From Hyphochytrium catenoides (Eukaryota; Protista; Hyphochytriomycota): a stretch of DNA of 64,000 bases. The notes under the pieces are model-generated. The model ran no database searches. It had not been told where the DNA came from and worked only from the letters and a program-made list of their open reading frames with translations. This document shows positions 38,101 to 49,779 of this stretch, one piece after another; within the stretch, counting starts at the first letter, position 1; every line of letters starts with the position of its first letter. The translations under genes were made by a program, and so were the position numbers. Location of the stretch: assembly GCA_900088475.1 (NCBI GenBank), contig FLMG01003876.1, positions 1-64,000 on the forward strand. Reading direction: 5' to 3'.

Positions 38101-38612
38101 CTCCTCATCGCTACGAAGACTGCGCCTCCACTTACAGTTGGGGCCCATGGGGAATCGTGGTGGTTGAAGGTCTTATGCTTCTATGGGGCTGTCTGCTATG
38201 CTTCAGGGTCCAAGGGGTCAATGGCAAGTTTCAAAGGTTCAATGAGAGTCGGCAAATTGGCTTTGCAATCTATAACACGAGCTTCTTAGGCGCTTTGCTC
38301 ATCTTTCTCACGTTCATCGACTTCCATCCGAACGATGACTTCATCCTGACATCTACATTCATCATGATGAACACCACCGTGGTCCTCGTGGTGCTATTCG
38401 GAAAGCCTGTGTATTTTGCCGTCACAGGTGTCTCCATCACGGAAGCGCAACTCGCTGGAACTTCCGCTACGACCGGCCAGACTGAGGGAAGTGCCAACAA
38501 CAATGCCAGCAAGAAAGAGGGGGCCACGGCTCCCAAGGCTTGGAGTGCTCGGGACAAGAATCCGAAGCCGTCGGCGTCCGTTCAGCCCGTAGACCAAATC
38601 GCTCACCAGTAG
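35106..38612 (+). CDS. Class C (GABA-B-like) 7TM GPCR with two tandem type-I periplasmic-binding (Venus flytrap) domains; intronless
   Basis: Signal-like segment LFLPIIILACACFSYVPGVAA. Two homologous repeats (KFAQSSDQSG...GIEAAFKEVNNSGGVRG...DDVYNP...NFRPSY / KFGQSAAMKG...GIRAAFQDVNDRGGLLG...DDKDDP...NFRASY). 7TM with CLAQPW, LFAKTRRV..IF, FNESRQIGFAIYN, VLFGKP. ATG 35106 preferred over the ORF-track start. Confidence 0.9.
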   Translation: MRRGKKVVTCPPARGLEDSPIVSSQRHLFLPIIILACACFSYVPGVAAISPYFGTNTCGATTTIKFAQSSDQSGALSAIGIGMRLGIEAAFKEVNNSGGVRGLYFQLDSKDDVYNPVNASKNAMTFTNQSDVFGMIGWVGTANAEASLPVILPTGMPFIGVFSGGNQVLREPYNRQIVNFRPSYLDETATMVEYLINVRRFSRIAVLMQNDSFGEACKEGVRLALESNNLRIHSEGRYAPRTTAIEPALKIITESEVMPEAVIVAGIADPSAYFIQQASKVLPRETIYMVPSVVAQAFVDILMKAPADSRPVMENIIVTQVVPLPYNTSLPIVSRYQAALRLVNSTIPFDFSSLEGYLVGRMAIDIVRRLGTNYFTREMFLEAAYDSGSFNFDGLRCGPLLPKEVKEGCNVCMRTVAMTTISPQGTYQQLLDQPDLRFETCGYRAKVWTFLKFGQSAAMKGSRSSIPVSFNAGIRAAFQDVNDRGGLLGIKLDIVAKDDKDDPTIARQNIREFANDSSILAIVGSSLLSSQLSKEALLAAKEVGLPFVGSPSGGLSLRSPFDRHAINFRASYFDEAMAMITFLYKVENITRVSAVFSDDSLALEGRDLVAAALSSKRLTLYTEYSFSSQPADIPTAIAGLEGGEGAPQAVVMIGPVQLLGSFVKQAKAKWKENVWYLAFSSVNAEEFAQTLALGLPGSSESEPLISQNVLIAQVVPLPTDTNLKAVRSFQGAMRRLDKAAPLNSAAFEGYLTASMLINALQRLGGEFNRPEKLLDAFYDSGSFSMEGVHCGPLLSETGADGAGGEGGGCNQCMKKVWLAAVDQNGSLYFNPKGEHSFEASCGSPVVPNADFKLGSARLAVVVVAAFQVFLTLVLMALLCYHRHYILIRGSFRFSLVTCLGGVLCYSVIFAMYPIPTDAVCLAQPWIGHLSFCFIFGPLFAKTRRVAMIFTNKKLSRVLITDAQVMGFFAGILLFYLLHLCIWTGLDPPRMVEAITSEQTPHRYEDCASTYSWGPWGIVVVEGLMLLWGCLLCFRVQGVNGKFQRFNESRQIGFAIYNTSFLGALLIFLTFIDFHPNDDFILTSTFIMMNTTVVLVVLFGKPVYFAVTGVSITEAQLAGTSATTGQTEGSANNNASKKEGATAPKAWSARDKNPKPSASVQPVDQIAHQ

Positions 38613-39011
38613 GCTTTGAGGCACTGGTTTAGGACGCATGTACTTCCTCATTGGTCGACATCATCGCTCTTAAACACGCAGCGTTCATCCTTTATTTTGT
38701 TAACCACTAAGGTCTTTATTTTTTCCCTTTCTCTGACAAGTACTGGCACTCACTGACCCGAGAAACGCGAGGTTTGGAGACAACATCCACCAGTACTGAG
38801 AGCTGGGTCGTCCCTTGGGGCGGAGACATATTTATACACATCTATTACCTAGACCAGCATCGTTAGTACGTTGCCTGTGACTACTCAGTAGTTCGGCGCT
38901 CTATCCTTCATCCTCCGAAATGTCAACAGCTTCGGATGTCTTGACCTTCATAGCGGCCTTAAGGGCCTTGACGGTTAGAAATCCATTCACCGCTGAGCAC
39001 TGGAGGACGCA

Positions 39012-40508
39012 TCACCTCTCATCTTGTCTTCTGGTTGTAGACCATTCGCCATAGTTTCCGTCACAGCCCTCCTCTTCTCTGCGCATCTCGAGCCACCACA
39101 GCCTCCAAGTGCCCGAAGTACGCTGCCATTTCTTTTGCTGCCGATATGCAGCCTTTATCTCGGTTCTCATGCAGCCGCCGGACGATTTGTAAGTGTCCAA
39201 TAGCTGCTGCCTCATTCGTTGCACTAGTGCTACAGCTATTGATGGTCATGTAAGAACTTCACTACTTTCAGATGACAGCGGGTAGCCGCCAAGTCTATAG
39301 TTCTAGATGAGCACAACTCTGGATAATTCTCGAGAAGGTATTGGACAACCTCAAGATGGCCGTTGAGGGCAGCACTATCGATGGCTTGTCTGGTACAGCC
39401 CGCCGAGCGCTTTTCATGGAGAAAGCATAGAACCTCCAAATGGCCTCCTTCGGCTGCGCCGTCCATCGCCTGAACCGTGCATTCCCTCCCTTGCAAATGG
39501 AGCCATCTGACGACTTCTAGATATCCATTTCCAGCTGCGTACTCCATAGCACTGGCACCTCCTCGTATCCCTTGGCGATCAAGCCACTTCAAGATGTTAG
39601 GTGCCTCGCTCCTGCGGAAGCCGCCCAGCGCGGAAAGAGCCCGTCTCGGGCACTATGTCCAGGAGTTGAGGCATTTTGAGGTGGCCGCTCGCTGCGGCTA
39701 AGCCGATTGCTTCTTCAGTAGCCGTGAGTTCCAGCAGCCATCTTATGGTGTCAATATGTCCATGCCTTGCGGCTGCTACCATCGCTTTCTCAGTGCCGGT
39801 TCCCCCTGGTAAGGTTGGGCACTTAGATATCCAGCCGTCCTAAGTTTGCCGCCAGATCATAGTGCTCTACTTACCCCTTTAGCTGTGGCGCCTATTCTAC
39901 GGAGGAGCCTGAAGAGAGGCAAGACTCTGTTATAAAGAGCCCAATCTAGAGCATCGGGAGGATCTTTATCGGGCCCTTTCCAGCTGGCCCCTTAAGAGAC
40001 GGTAGAAATGCCGATTGACTCCTCGCTTCCAGGCGTCCCTTGAAGTCCGCCTGCTGGGAGGCATAATCTAGTGCCTGGCCATTCTGTGAGCGTTATCTAA
40101 GTTATACAAGAGCCATCTGAACACCTCCTCTTGCCCTGTGTAGGCAGCTAAGCCAAGGGTCGTGCTGTCCACGCACAGGTTCTTCTTCACTGGATATAGA
40201 GGTGTCCCTGCAGGATAGCGGCCTTGCCGTCGCGCCACCTCGTAAACGTTGGCATGTATCTAGGAGTTAATGGTAGCCCACATATCCATGTTATTTAGCA
40301 CTTTGTAAGGCGCTTGAAAGAGGCAAGAGGAAGAAAACAGATTTAGATCACATGCTCGTGGGGTTCCACGAGGTTGAGGATCCACAGGAACGCACCCTTC
40401 GTTGCGCTTCATATGCCGAAACGCTGAGGTCTTCGCCAGACCGTTTTTCTTTCTTCTTCCTCTTCGTTTACGATGCGCTATCCTCGTTCTCTTGTTCAAA
40501 GGGGACAT
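39012..40508 (-). pseudogene. Degraded ankyrin-repeat gene of the 'AMDGAA..GHLEVVKWLH' family
   Basis: Fragments in different frames (VLNNMDMWATINS*; RWRDGKAAILQGHL; LAAYTGQEEVFRWL; AAARHGHIDTIRWL; AMDGAAEGGHLEVLCFLHE; AAAIGHLQIVRRLHE), separated by stops and frameshifts without convincing splice sites. Confidence 0.75.
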
Positions 40509-41547
40509 TTGCGGGAGGCGATTTCAGCCTTCCAACTACATTTATTATGAGATCTAAAGATGGAACTGTTTGAGAGAAAGGTATTTGGAAGACCCTGCCC
40601 TAAGTGCGGCTAGGTAGGCAGTACGCGCGACGCAAAGTAGAGTCTTTCTTCTCTCCTTTTTCAAGTAGATCTGGGAGCTTAAGGGGCCATACTGCGGCTC
40701 GACCTGTCTCGAGCACCTTCTCTATTCAGGAACCAGGCCAGCATGGTACTCAAAGCACCCTGCCAAAGCATCCTGCCCTTTCCTCGATGAGCTAGAACCA
40801 ACTTGTCAGACCTATGGCGCTTACTAAGCAGCCAAAGGTTGAGAACGAGGATATTGAGAGAGGAAAGACAGAGACGAGAGAGAGAGAGAGAGAGAAAGAG
40901 AGGGAAAGATGGAAGGAGGAACGAGAGAGAAAGGGCAGGGTGCCGGTAGCCTGGAGCTAATGAAGCTCGGCTCAGAAGGTTGAAGATCTCTTCTGTTGAT
41001 TGTCCTGCCGCTAAAGGACAGCGCTTCCGTCACCGCCGCAACTCTCCCACAATCTCATCCATAAGGGTAATAAAGGTTACATAGGTCAACAGTGGCGTCC
41101 ACTTCAGACTAAAGAATACTACTGACCTCATTCAACAAAGGTATCATGGGTCTTTGGTACCCATTTATGGGTAACCTGGGACTACCGTTAGCGGTCAATC
41201 GGGTAACGCCCTTCATAGCTGGTGACACGAGGAAGGGAAGCTTCTCCAGTGCTGGCGCTGGCGCTGCGGCTGCTTGATGGAGGCCGCGGATGCTTCCTAG
41301 CGCAAGCTGATCGCAGCTCTGGGAGCCTGAAGCAGGCAGCAGGACAGAAGGAGAGCAAGTCGTCAACCTCGGTCAGGGTCACAAAGAAGCAGATGTAGAT
41401 GAAGCAAAGAGCTGTCCCAATGAGATCACATCAGCAGGTAGACAGCTGTAAGACGAAGTGCGGAGATGTGTTCTCTTTCCTGCCGTGCCAGAGTCTACCG
41501 ACAAGGCTTGCCGGACCTTGATGTGTCGTTAGTCTTTGGGATTTAGG

Positions 41548-44500
41548 ATGGCTGACCAAGCTGAAGACAGGGCAGCTGGGATGGCTGAAGTTCAGACCGA
41601 GCTTCAGACCGCGGAGACCGTGCTCAGCTACCTCGCGGCTGTGTATGGCGAGCGTGTTGATGCCGAAATACCTCTGCATCTCATCCAAAACTGCCGCGAA
41701 AAGGTGGCGCAGATGTCGAGTGTTTCTACTGCTGGAGCTTACTCTAGTCCCAAGGTGATAACTGAGCTTCTTGAGAACTTGTCCGGTGCCATGGACTACG
41801 CACTCGACCATCCTGTAGACCTGTACAAGTCTCTGGAGCTGGACCGGTGCTTCAAGTTAGGGTCTTCTGGAGAGACGAGCGAAGACGAAGGAAAGGATGT
41901 TAACATTGCTTATCTGGGAAGGGAAGATCTTCTTAGCTCCTTCGCTGAGACGAAGAGCTCTGAAATCATTGACTTACTGCTCGAACGGTGCTCCATGGTG
42001 AGAAGCCTGTTGGACCAATTAAAGACGGTAAGACGACGTCCATAAAGATGCGCCCGCGAGGTGGTGGCAAGAGCCTCATGACGTATTCTGCAGGAATGGC
42101 GCGCCACTAAAGAAAAAGAGCCTGTTCTACAGCTCTTATCAAGCTCCAAGCTCACTTCCCTCTCAGAAGAGCTGTATACAGCCTCAGAAGGGATCAAAGA
42201 GATTATTCAACGGCTTCTTCTCTCGTCAGTCTCTCTCCTGGAGGAAGGCAAAGACGTTTTAGCCGTTGCAGGAGATGCACACGGACTAGGTTGGGACGGT
42301 GCTATGGCTTCCGCTTCTACTTCTGAGGAGTCCCACTCGCCGCCAAACCAAAACAAGCTTCAGAATAAGCAAAGTATGAGTGAAGAAGATAGAAAGCTTG
42401 AGAGGGAGGAGCCTTCTTCGGTTAGAGTAAGTGAGGATGCTAACAAATTAGAGGAACAATCACCCGCTGACGTCCTCTCCTCATTGGTTTCTATGTCTTC
42501 CGCCGAACTATGTCAGCATACTCCATCAAGAATGGCTGAAGAAGCGCATGCGCAAGTGAGCTTGGTAACGTCAGACATCGAAACAGTAGAGCATGAGGAA
42601 GTCACAGCTGAAGCTGGTGGCGCAGCAAAAGGAGCAGGAGACGAAGACGGATTGAGAGGCGCCGAAGTAAGGCATGCAGATGACGCAGTATCACCTTCTA
42701 TCTCACCCGGCGAACACCTCCAAGAGGACGATATTGGCGGCATAGCCAACGTACTAGGAACCTCTTCTGCGATTGTTGATGCTGTCACTCTAGGTGACGA
42801 GGCGCAAAAAGATCAAACTCAGCATTCAAAGGAAGATAACCTACTGCCATCGCAAAACTCTCTGGCGGTCTTTAGCATGCCCGATGGCAGAGAACCCGAA
42901 GAGAGGCAGGCAGAACAGATAGAGGGGAAACGGGACGTTTTGGCCGCTTCTTTCCTTCCCGCCTCTCGGTCTCCGATGGCGGTGGAGCAGTCAGTCTTGC
43001 TGCTGGAGAAGCAGATCTCTGAGGAAGTAGCGGCAGAGACGGTAGAGCACATTTTCTCAGAGGCTGGGGCTAGCCAGAGTGGAGTATGTGAGAAGATGAA
43101 GGAGGCAACGGAACAAAGTCATCAAGGAGAACATGATCAAGGTTTCCCACCAATCCAAGTCCAAGGCATAGCGCCAAATAACAGGTGCGAGAGCTCCGTA
43201 TCAGGGGACACGGATGAGCCAACACCCTCTCCCGACGAGCAGCTGGATGTCCAAGAGGATAAGAGCCGAACGGGTGAGGGGAACCCGAATGCAGCAGGTA
43301 TGGAAGAGGGACAGCGCGTGCTCGTCAGCGCCAAGGGAGAGAAGGCGTCCTCTGCTGCCGAGTCTGAAAGGATTGACGTGGAGGTGGAAAGCCCGGCTTC
43401 CAACACAATTGAAGCTTCCGTGAGGCCGACAGTCAACGCCAAGGCTGTAGAAGACAGTAGATCCCAGACCACACATGACCCAGTACTCTCGACTAGCTCA
43501 AGCCTGGAGACCAAGAAAGTGATATGTTTACCAGAGAATTTATCAGAGAGCACTGTGGAGATGCCCGGCACTCACTCTGGCTACGCGGCTGCTCTTACGG
43601 ACCACAGTGTGTCTCTAGTCCTTACCTCTAGAGAGGTTAATATTGCCCTCTCGAGCCAGAAAGAGGAGATGTCAACCTTAGCAGAAGATACTGATAAACC
43701 GGCACTTGAACGAAAGGAGCAGACCCTCCCGATGACAAATTGCGAGTCTGGAAAAGAGCAAAGAGGAGGAGAGGCAGATGAGAAAGGCTCAGTTCGCCAT
43801 AGCCCAACACTGACTTCTGAGACAAGAGAAGAGTCAGGCTCCACCAGCACCAAGGATCACTCTACGATACCCATTGAGATACAGACAAAAGTTGGGAAAG
43901 AACCGACGATAGCTCTCGTGGGCATCACTGAGTCACTCGCAACTCGAGCAGAGACAGTGAAAGCAAGCAGCTCTCTACCTAGCTCATTTGTGTCCTCGCA
44001 GAGTGGTGGCGCGGATAAGCCCTCTCCCACTTTGACTCTTTCTTTGCAGGACAAAGATTGCATGCCATCTTTAGCTGTGTCGACTGCCTATAACTCCTCC
44101 TCGCCCAAAAACCTCCCAGGTCCTCAGCCCAAAGCTGCAGGGACGCAACCCGCTGTCCCAGCTGGAGCCGAGGCTGTCTCCACCGAGGTTTTCTCCCTTG
44201 TTGAGGAGCTCAAAAGAAAGGAAGAGGAGGACCAGAAGCGGAAGAAAAGACAAGAAGAAGAAGCTCTGCGACGCAAGAAGCAGAAGGAGGAAGAGGAAAA
44301 AGAGAATCAGCGACGTCAAGAGGAAGCCAAAAAGCAGGCTGAGGAAGAGGCGGCAGCTGCGGCAGAAAGAGAGCGTCTGGCTTTGGAAGAAAAGAAGGCA
44401 AAGGAGGAAGAAGTACTGCGCCAGCTCGAGGAAGAAAAGAGAGAGAGGCTCCGAGAAGAGGAGGAGCACCTCAGAAACTTACAGCAGCAGTTGGACGCCC

Positions 44501-46635
44501 AAATCGCTGCGGAAAGTCTTATCGGAGAAGGGCTGAAAGACAAGGTAGCACGGGAACAAACACCTTTGTCCCAGAGGCACCGACGAACAACACTGATTAG
44601 AAGGTCGGTCAGCTGTTCTCATTGCTTCCAAACCTTAGGCCACTCTCTCCTTTAGTCACACTCCACTCAGAATCCTGAGTCTAATTATGGCGCTGTTTGC
44701 CTGGTGTTGCAGCAAGAAGTCAGTAGCTGTGCAGGATTTGACGGTGGTTGGCTGGAGGCGGTTGACGGTCCAGCAGGAGCTAGAAGTCTTTGGCTCTGTA
44801 TGGGAAGCAGCCCGGAAAGGCTCATCCGTGGGGGCCTTCAGAGTGCTTCTCTCGGTATACTGCTTGCTGCTACCAACTCCAATAGTCCCCTCGCTTCTGT
44901 TCTACCATCTGTATGTCTTCTTGAGACCTTTCGTTTGATCTCTGCAGCTGAATGACTGTTTTGACCTTCCACTGCTATCGATCATTGCATAGCGGCTTTG
45001 GTTAGTTCCCTTCGTCTTGCTGTTGACTGGGCTTTTGAATATTAGCCACTTGTTCTCCCACTTTTCGTTCCCCGGAAGATTGAGATTTGTGGTGCTGGTG
45101 CTTGTAGCAAGAGATCCGGGGATGTACCATCCAGGAAGGTAGAGAATTTCACATCGATGAACGAGATCGAGTCACCGGCGAGAGACTGCTGCAGCTTGCA
45201 AGCTGGTGTGGGCATACGGTGCGATTGAAGAGTCTTTGCACGCTTGCACGGCCTCTGAGCTGCCCTACTTGAGTCTACCGAGTTTCCTCTTACAACTCCT
45301 ATCTTCACCATGTGATCATTATTTAGTACTTTCCGCTCATTCTTTGAGCATCTCTTTAACTAATCCCCATGTTTCCGCCTCTAACGTCTTTCGATTTCCC
45401 ATAAGCTCGATGTCCTGACAAGCACATACTTCCTTATTCTGACCCCTGCATCTGATTATCTTTGGGACCATTGGTGGTCAATTGGTTCTACAGGAGCTTG
45501 TTCGTTTCCTGGTGGAGGAAGCAGGTGCCAGCGTAAATTTAGTAGACGGCACCGTGAACCGACTCACGCCATTGCATGACGCCGCCCGAGGAGGCTGGGC
45601 AGATATCGTGGAGATTCTGCTGCAGGCGGGGGCACAAGTCGATGCTTTAGATTCTGGCGGGGATACAGCGCTGCACTGGTGAGAGAGTCGGTCTCAAGCT
45701 CCATATTTTATCCCACCCAGTCGCTGTCCTGAATATCTGCTCTGAGGACTCTCCCTTCATTAATAGCGTGCGTCCGTTCTCCGTATCCTATCGCCCACTT
45801 TTTGGCATCTACTCCTGAATAACGATGACATGTGACATCCTAGGGCTGCGCGAAGAGGTAATCTAGCGGTGGTCAAGCGAATGTTGCAGTGCTCGGCCAC
45901 TTTATTCACAGACCATGAAGGTATCAACAAAGCAGCATCACTTCAAGACGTGAACCTAGTTCTCCCTCTAACCTACTCTATTAGAGCTAAGGGCGTATTG
46001 CGCTGAATGTCGCTTTTCTTCTCACTCGGCCTTACTCTGACCATGTCCTTCTCTTTCGCTCATCCTTATCCACATGTTCCAGGCCGTAAGGCGGTATGGC
46101 GCATGCTTGGCACTCGTAATGGGAAAGGGAAGCTGCCTTTCGAGTTAAGCACGAAAGAGAGCATCCGGGAGACGATTTTGGAGTACGTAGTAACGCTTTC
46201 CAAGAAGGAACAGGACGAGGCCCAGCTTCACAGTCCTGCCACCGTAAAGAAGAATCTTTATGCCATTAGGTAAGCATGTGGTTTACCTCTGTCAGAACAA
46301 CTCGGCCGTCCGGTTAACCCTTGCAAAATAGCTTCAAGGACTACGGAAAGATCAACCGACTGGTGTCCCATACTATGCCCACATATCCTACCTCCCCATC
46401 TTACTTGGAAGCGGCAGAGGAAATTCTGCACTTTGATTCGCCGTATAGCACTGCGTACAGCATGATATCTCACACGTTCAAACGCTCTCGCACGAAGGAC
46501 AAGAGAAGTGATTTATTGAAAGGTGGGAGAAGACGGTCCGGGATAACGCGGAAGCTGAGTAGGCTACCGCAGAGCTTTCGCAGTGTAAACATGAACCAAT
46601 TGGCGGAATTAGAGCAGCGCCAGGCGATCCAGTAA
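41548..46635 (+). CDS. Large protein: long acidic/Ser-rich disordered region, E/K/R charged helix, C-terminal ankyrin repeats
   Basis: Exons 41548-42027, 42093-44543, ~44776-44844, 45493-45678, 45844-45920, 46083-46270, 46332-46635. Ankyrin motifs LTPLHDAARGG and GDTALHW|AARRG. Confidence 0.7.
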
Positions 46636-47085
46636 AACCCAGGGATCAGCCAGTTGAGTTTCCATCAGCTAGTCGACCAAGCTTCTCCAAAGCTACCGGG
46701 TCACATGTGATGTACCTATTCTAGGTGTTGAGGAGACCTCAAGGGTAGGCTATGAAAGATAAGGTGTTGAAGGGCAGCGTAATAGTCCTATTGATTCGTT
46801 CTGAGACATTTGCAAGACGGAACAGTGTGGGATAATGGGCAGCATAACTCCAGCAAGAGCAAAGTTCGGCCGGTCAATGGAATGACAAAAGGAACACCAA
46901 AAAAGAAACTAAGGGATCCATCACAATCTTTTCCCATTATAAAACTTGAAGGGACAGCCTTATTCTTAAGAAATATCTTTGAACTCTATAGCTCAGACTC
47001 TTCACTAGGAGTCTGCCGTCGGGTTAACAAAGTGAATGAGGGCTGAAGTGTATGTGTTATCTGCGTTGTTTTCATTAGCCTATGG

Positions 47086-49779
47086 TCACTCCATGTGTTC
47101 AAGGCTTAGCATTGACACGGCATGGACCAAACGCTTGTAGTCTGACAGCGAGTTATATACCTGGGCCGACAGACGGAACCACATCCGACCTGCAAAAGAG
47201 TAGGGAATAGCCTGCCAAGTTGGAGAGTGAATGGTTATTAGCCATTATGAGTTGAGACCAGCGCAAAGGAGAACGAGCATTCTCTGTGCTCTCATAGGGG
47301 ACACGCAGGAGAGAAAACCGAGGAACGAGAACGCCATGAACGCTGTCAACAGAAACCCCAGTACTAGCACAACATCGCTCAACTCTCTGGCTATTGGATG
47401 ATGTCCTATCGATCTATCCACCCGCAAAGAGATAAAGACAATTAGATCGGACCGGGTTGCCGCAGCGAAAGTCAGATGGAGATCTACATATGGGTTACCG
47501 TGATATCATAGTCCTCGAATAGTCTCTTGAAGAGATAAGTCTCGGCAGTCTCAGTCCCAAGTCCTCCTGCTTTCTCGAGATCCTTTAGCCTCCTTGCTAA
47601 ACCCTCGTCCACCTCTATAGAAGCCAAGCAGGGAGGGCAATGGAGCCTATCAGGGGCCTCCCTTTCCACCTCGGGTTCCCATAGTGGGACCATCAGCTTG
47701 GCTTGCCACTTTTGCTCGAACATCTTGCAGGCCTCTTTCAAACTCTGTGCGTTATACTGCCTTACAGCCCCGAAGCCGCCTGGAGATTGAGATGTATGGA
47801 AAGGTGAGTAGCTGTATAGCCTCTGCAGCAGACTTTTTGGAATCTCAAGACAGCGTAGACAATCAGCATGAAATGGGAAGTGCACTCGAACTGAATAAGG
47901 CCCAGGACGGTGCAGAGCCGTGGAAAGGTGCCCCTGCAGGCCGTGAGATGTGCGCCCCAAGAGACGAGTCCATAATAAGCAGCTCATTAATGTGTAGCTT
48001 GCAGTGATTGCTTAGTACCGAGCGCCTTCTCAACGAACTCTAAGGACTCCACAGCTCCAATGTAGGAGCTGTCGTCCCTGGTACCCTGCATGAAAAACTG
48101 GTCCTGAAAACATGCCCTTTTATTAGCTTGAGCAACTCATTGACAATGACACTTTCCTTTCCTAGGCCGGAGATTGACAGTACCCAGACGCCTTTGCACT
48201 TGGGAAAGGAAGCGGCTCTTACCTGGAAGGACTTGTCATGATTGTGTGACACCACAAGGGGTTGAACCAACGACTGACGCTCAGGCTTGACGTAGAGTAT
48301 TGCTGCTCCTTTAGGCGCAAAGGCCCATTTGTGCAGATTTCCAGTGTAATAGTCTACCCTGCTCGCGAGACGGTGAGGCATATACATCGAGACAAAGAAG
48401 CGGTAGCGTGGTTTAGAGGGGCATGGGAGGTCCAGTTCTAGGAATAGATGGGCATCAATTGGCTGACCCTAGATCTTGCAGGTCCAGCTCCAGCTGTCCT
48501 GGAGCATGAGCGCCATCCACAAAGACCTAGGATCACGATGGCAGAGGTAATGTGCGGGGGTTTGAGGGCATCCTGAAGGACAGACTTATACTCTAAACGA
48601 GAAGCTTTATTTTACCTGCACTCCCCTCTGGTGGGCTTCTCTGGTTATGGCCTTCACGGGCAAGACGAAGGATGGAATGGAAGATATGTGATCGATGACA
48701 AGTAAAACATCGCCTTCTCCTGGTTGGGCGTTCGCTTCCTCCATGGCCTTATTTAACTCTCGCAGAAGATCTGCGACTGGCAACTCCAGTCTGCAGGGAG
48801 AAGAAGGATCTGACAAATAGGGCAAGAGAACAAATTTTAGGGTAGACACGAAGACCTGTTACTTTGCCATGGGCCAGGTGGGCGGCAACAGTTGCTATCA
48901 TGAGGCTAACCCTGGCGTTGAGGCTTCTCAAAGCGATGAATAAGGCTTGAGTCGATGGCAAACCAGCATTTACAAAGCAAAGACAAAACAGATGGCAGCG
49001 ACAAAATATCGATAAAGAAGTCTACATGTAGGGAGCCCACCTTCAGCTTCGCGGACCGGAATGACGACTGGAATGTGACGGATCTTTCGTCGATTGCACT
49101 CGGCAAGGACAGACTGTGAGGTGGACACCTTAGAGTNNNNNNNNNNNNNNNNNNNNNNNNNNNNNNNNNNNNNNNNNNNNNNGTTATGCTGGTGGATATG
49201 ATCGCCTTCCAGCGGGCACATCTGGACTGGAGAACGCTGTTAGCCCCTGTTGTGGCATTCTGGACGAAGACGAGACTTCCAGGTTGTGCATGAAGCCACT
49301 TGCCAACAGTCTCCGCTGCCTCCTTCCACAGTCGCTCGTTGTGATGCCGGAACCAGTCGTCGGGGTGGCTTTCGATCAACCTTCTAACTTCCTCTTGGCG
49401 GGCAAAGACCTAAGGCCAGGATAGGACGGAGCAGTCTGGAGGGTAAGTTTATTTTGAAAAACACCAGCTGTGAGGAAAACTGATGCTTTGGTTGCTGCTT
49501 TACCTGTTTGGGGAGCGTGCCAAAGCTGCCATGATTAAGGAAGCAATGACCATCGGTACGCAGGAAGAAGAGTTCCCGGCAAGCCTGGCTGCCCAATGTT
49601 ACAGCTTTGTACTCTTGAATCGAAGCATTGGAAGACTGGGCTCCGCCTGCAGAATGAAGTTGCTCTCCTTTTCCTTCTCTCCTCTTCGCGTCAAGGAGGA
49701 AGTACAAAGACCAAAATGCTAAGGAAACAGCGAGACCAGTTGCCAAACCGGCGATAGAAGCCGACGTGCCCTCCATCAT
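47086..49779 (-). CDS. PLP-dependent aminotransferase class V (Egt2 / L-cysteine desulfhydrase / isopenicillin N epimerase-like) with N-terminal TM
   Basis: [44 protein letters not shown] (PLP Lys), [19 protein letters not shown]. Assembly gap at 49137-49182 leaves one junction unresolved. Confidence 0.88.

Noticed and set aside
41536-42304. Stop codons between adjacent ORFs suggesting readthrough or an alternative genetic code
   Set aside because: Explained by the ordinary GT-AG intron 42028-42092; the same applies to the other fragmented genes.
47190-47500. Possible non-canonical donor or microexon near the aminotransferase 3' end
   Set aside because: A canonical ACG|gtaacc...ggcag|GCT junction gives DYDIT|[13 protein letters not shown] in frame.
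49137-49182. Apparent frameshift in the aminotransferase (and at 53712-53715 in the 2TM gene)
   Set aside because: Coincides with N-gaps of uncertain true length, so it is an assembly artefact.
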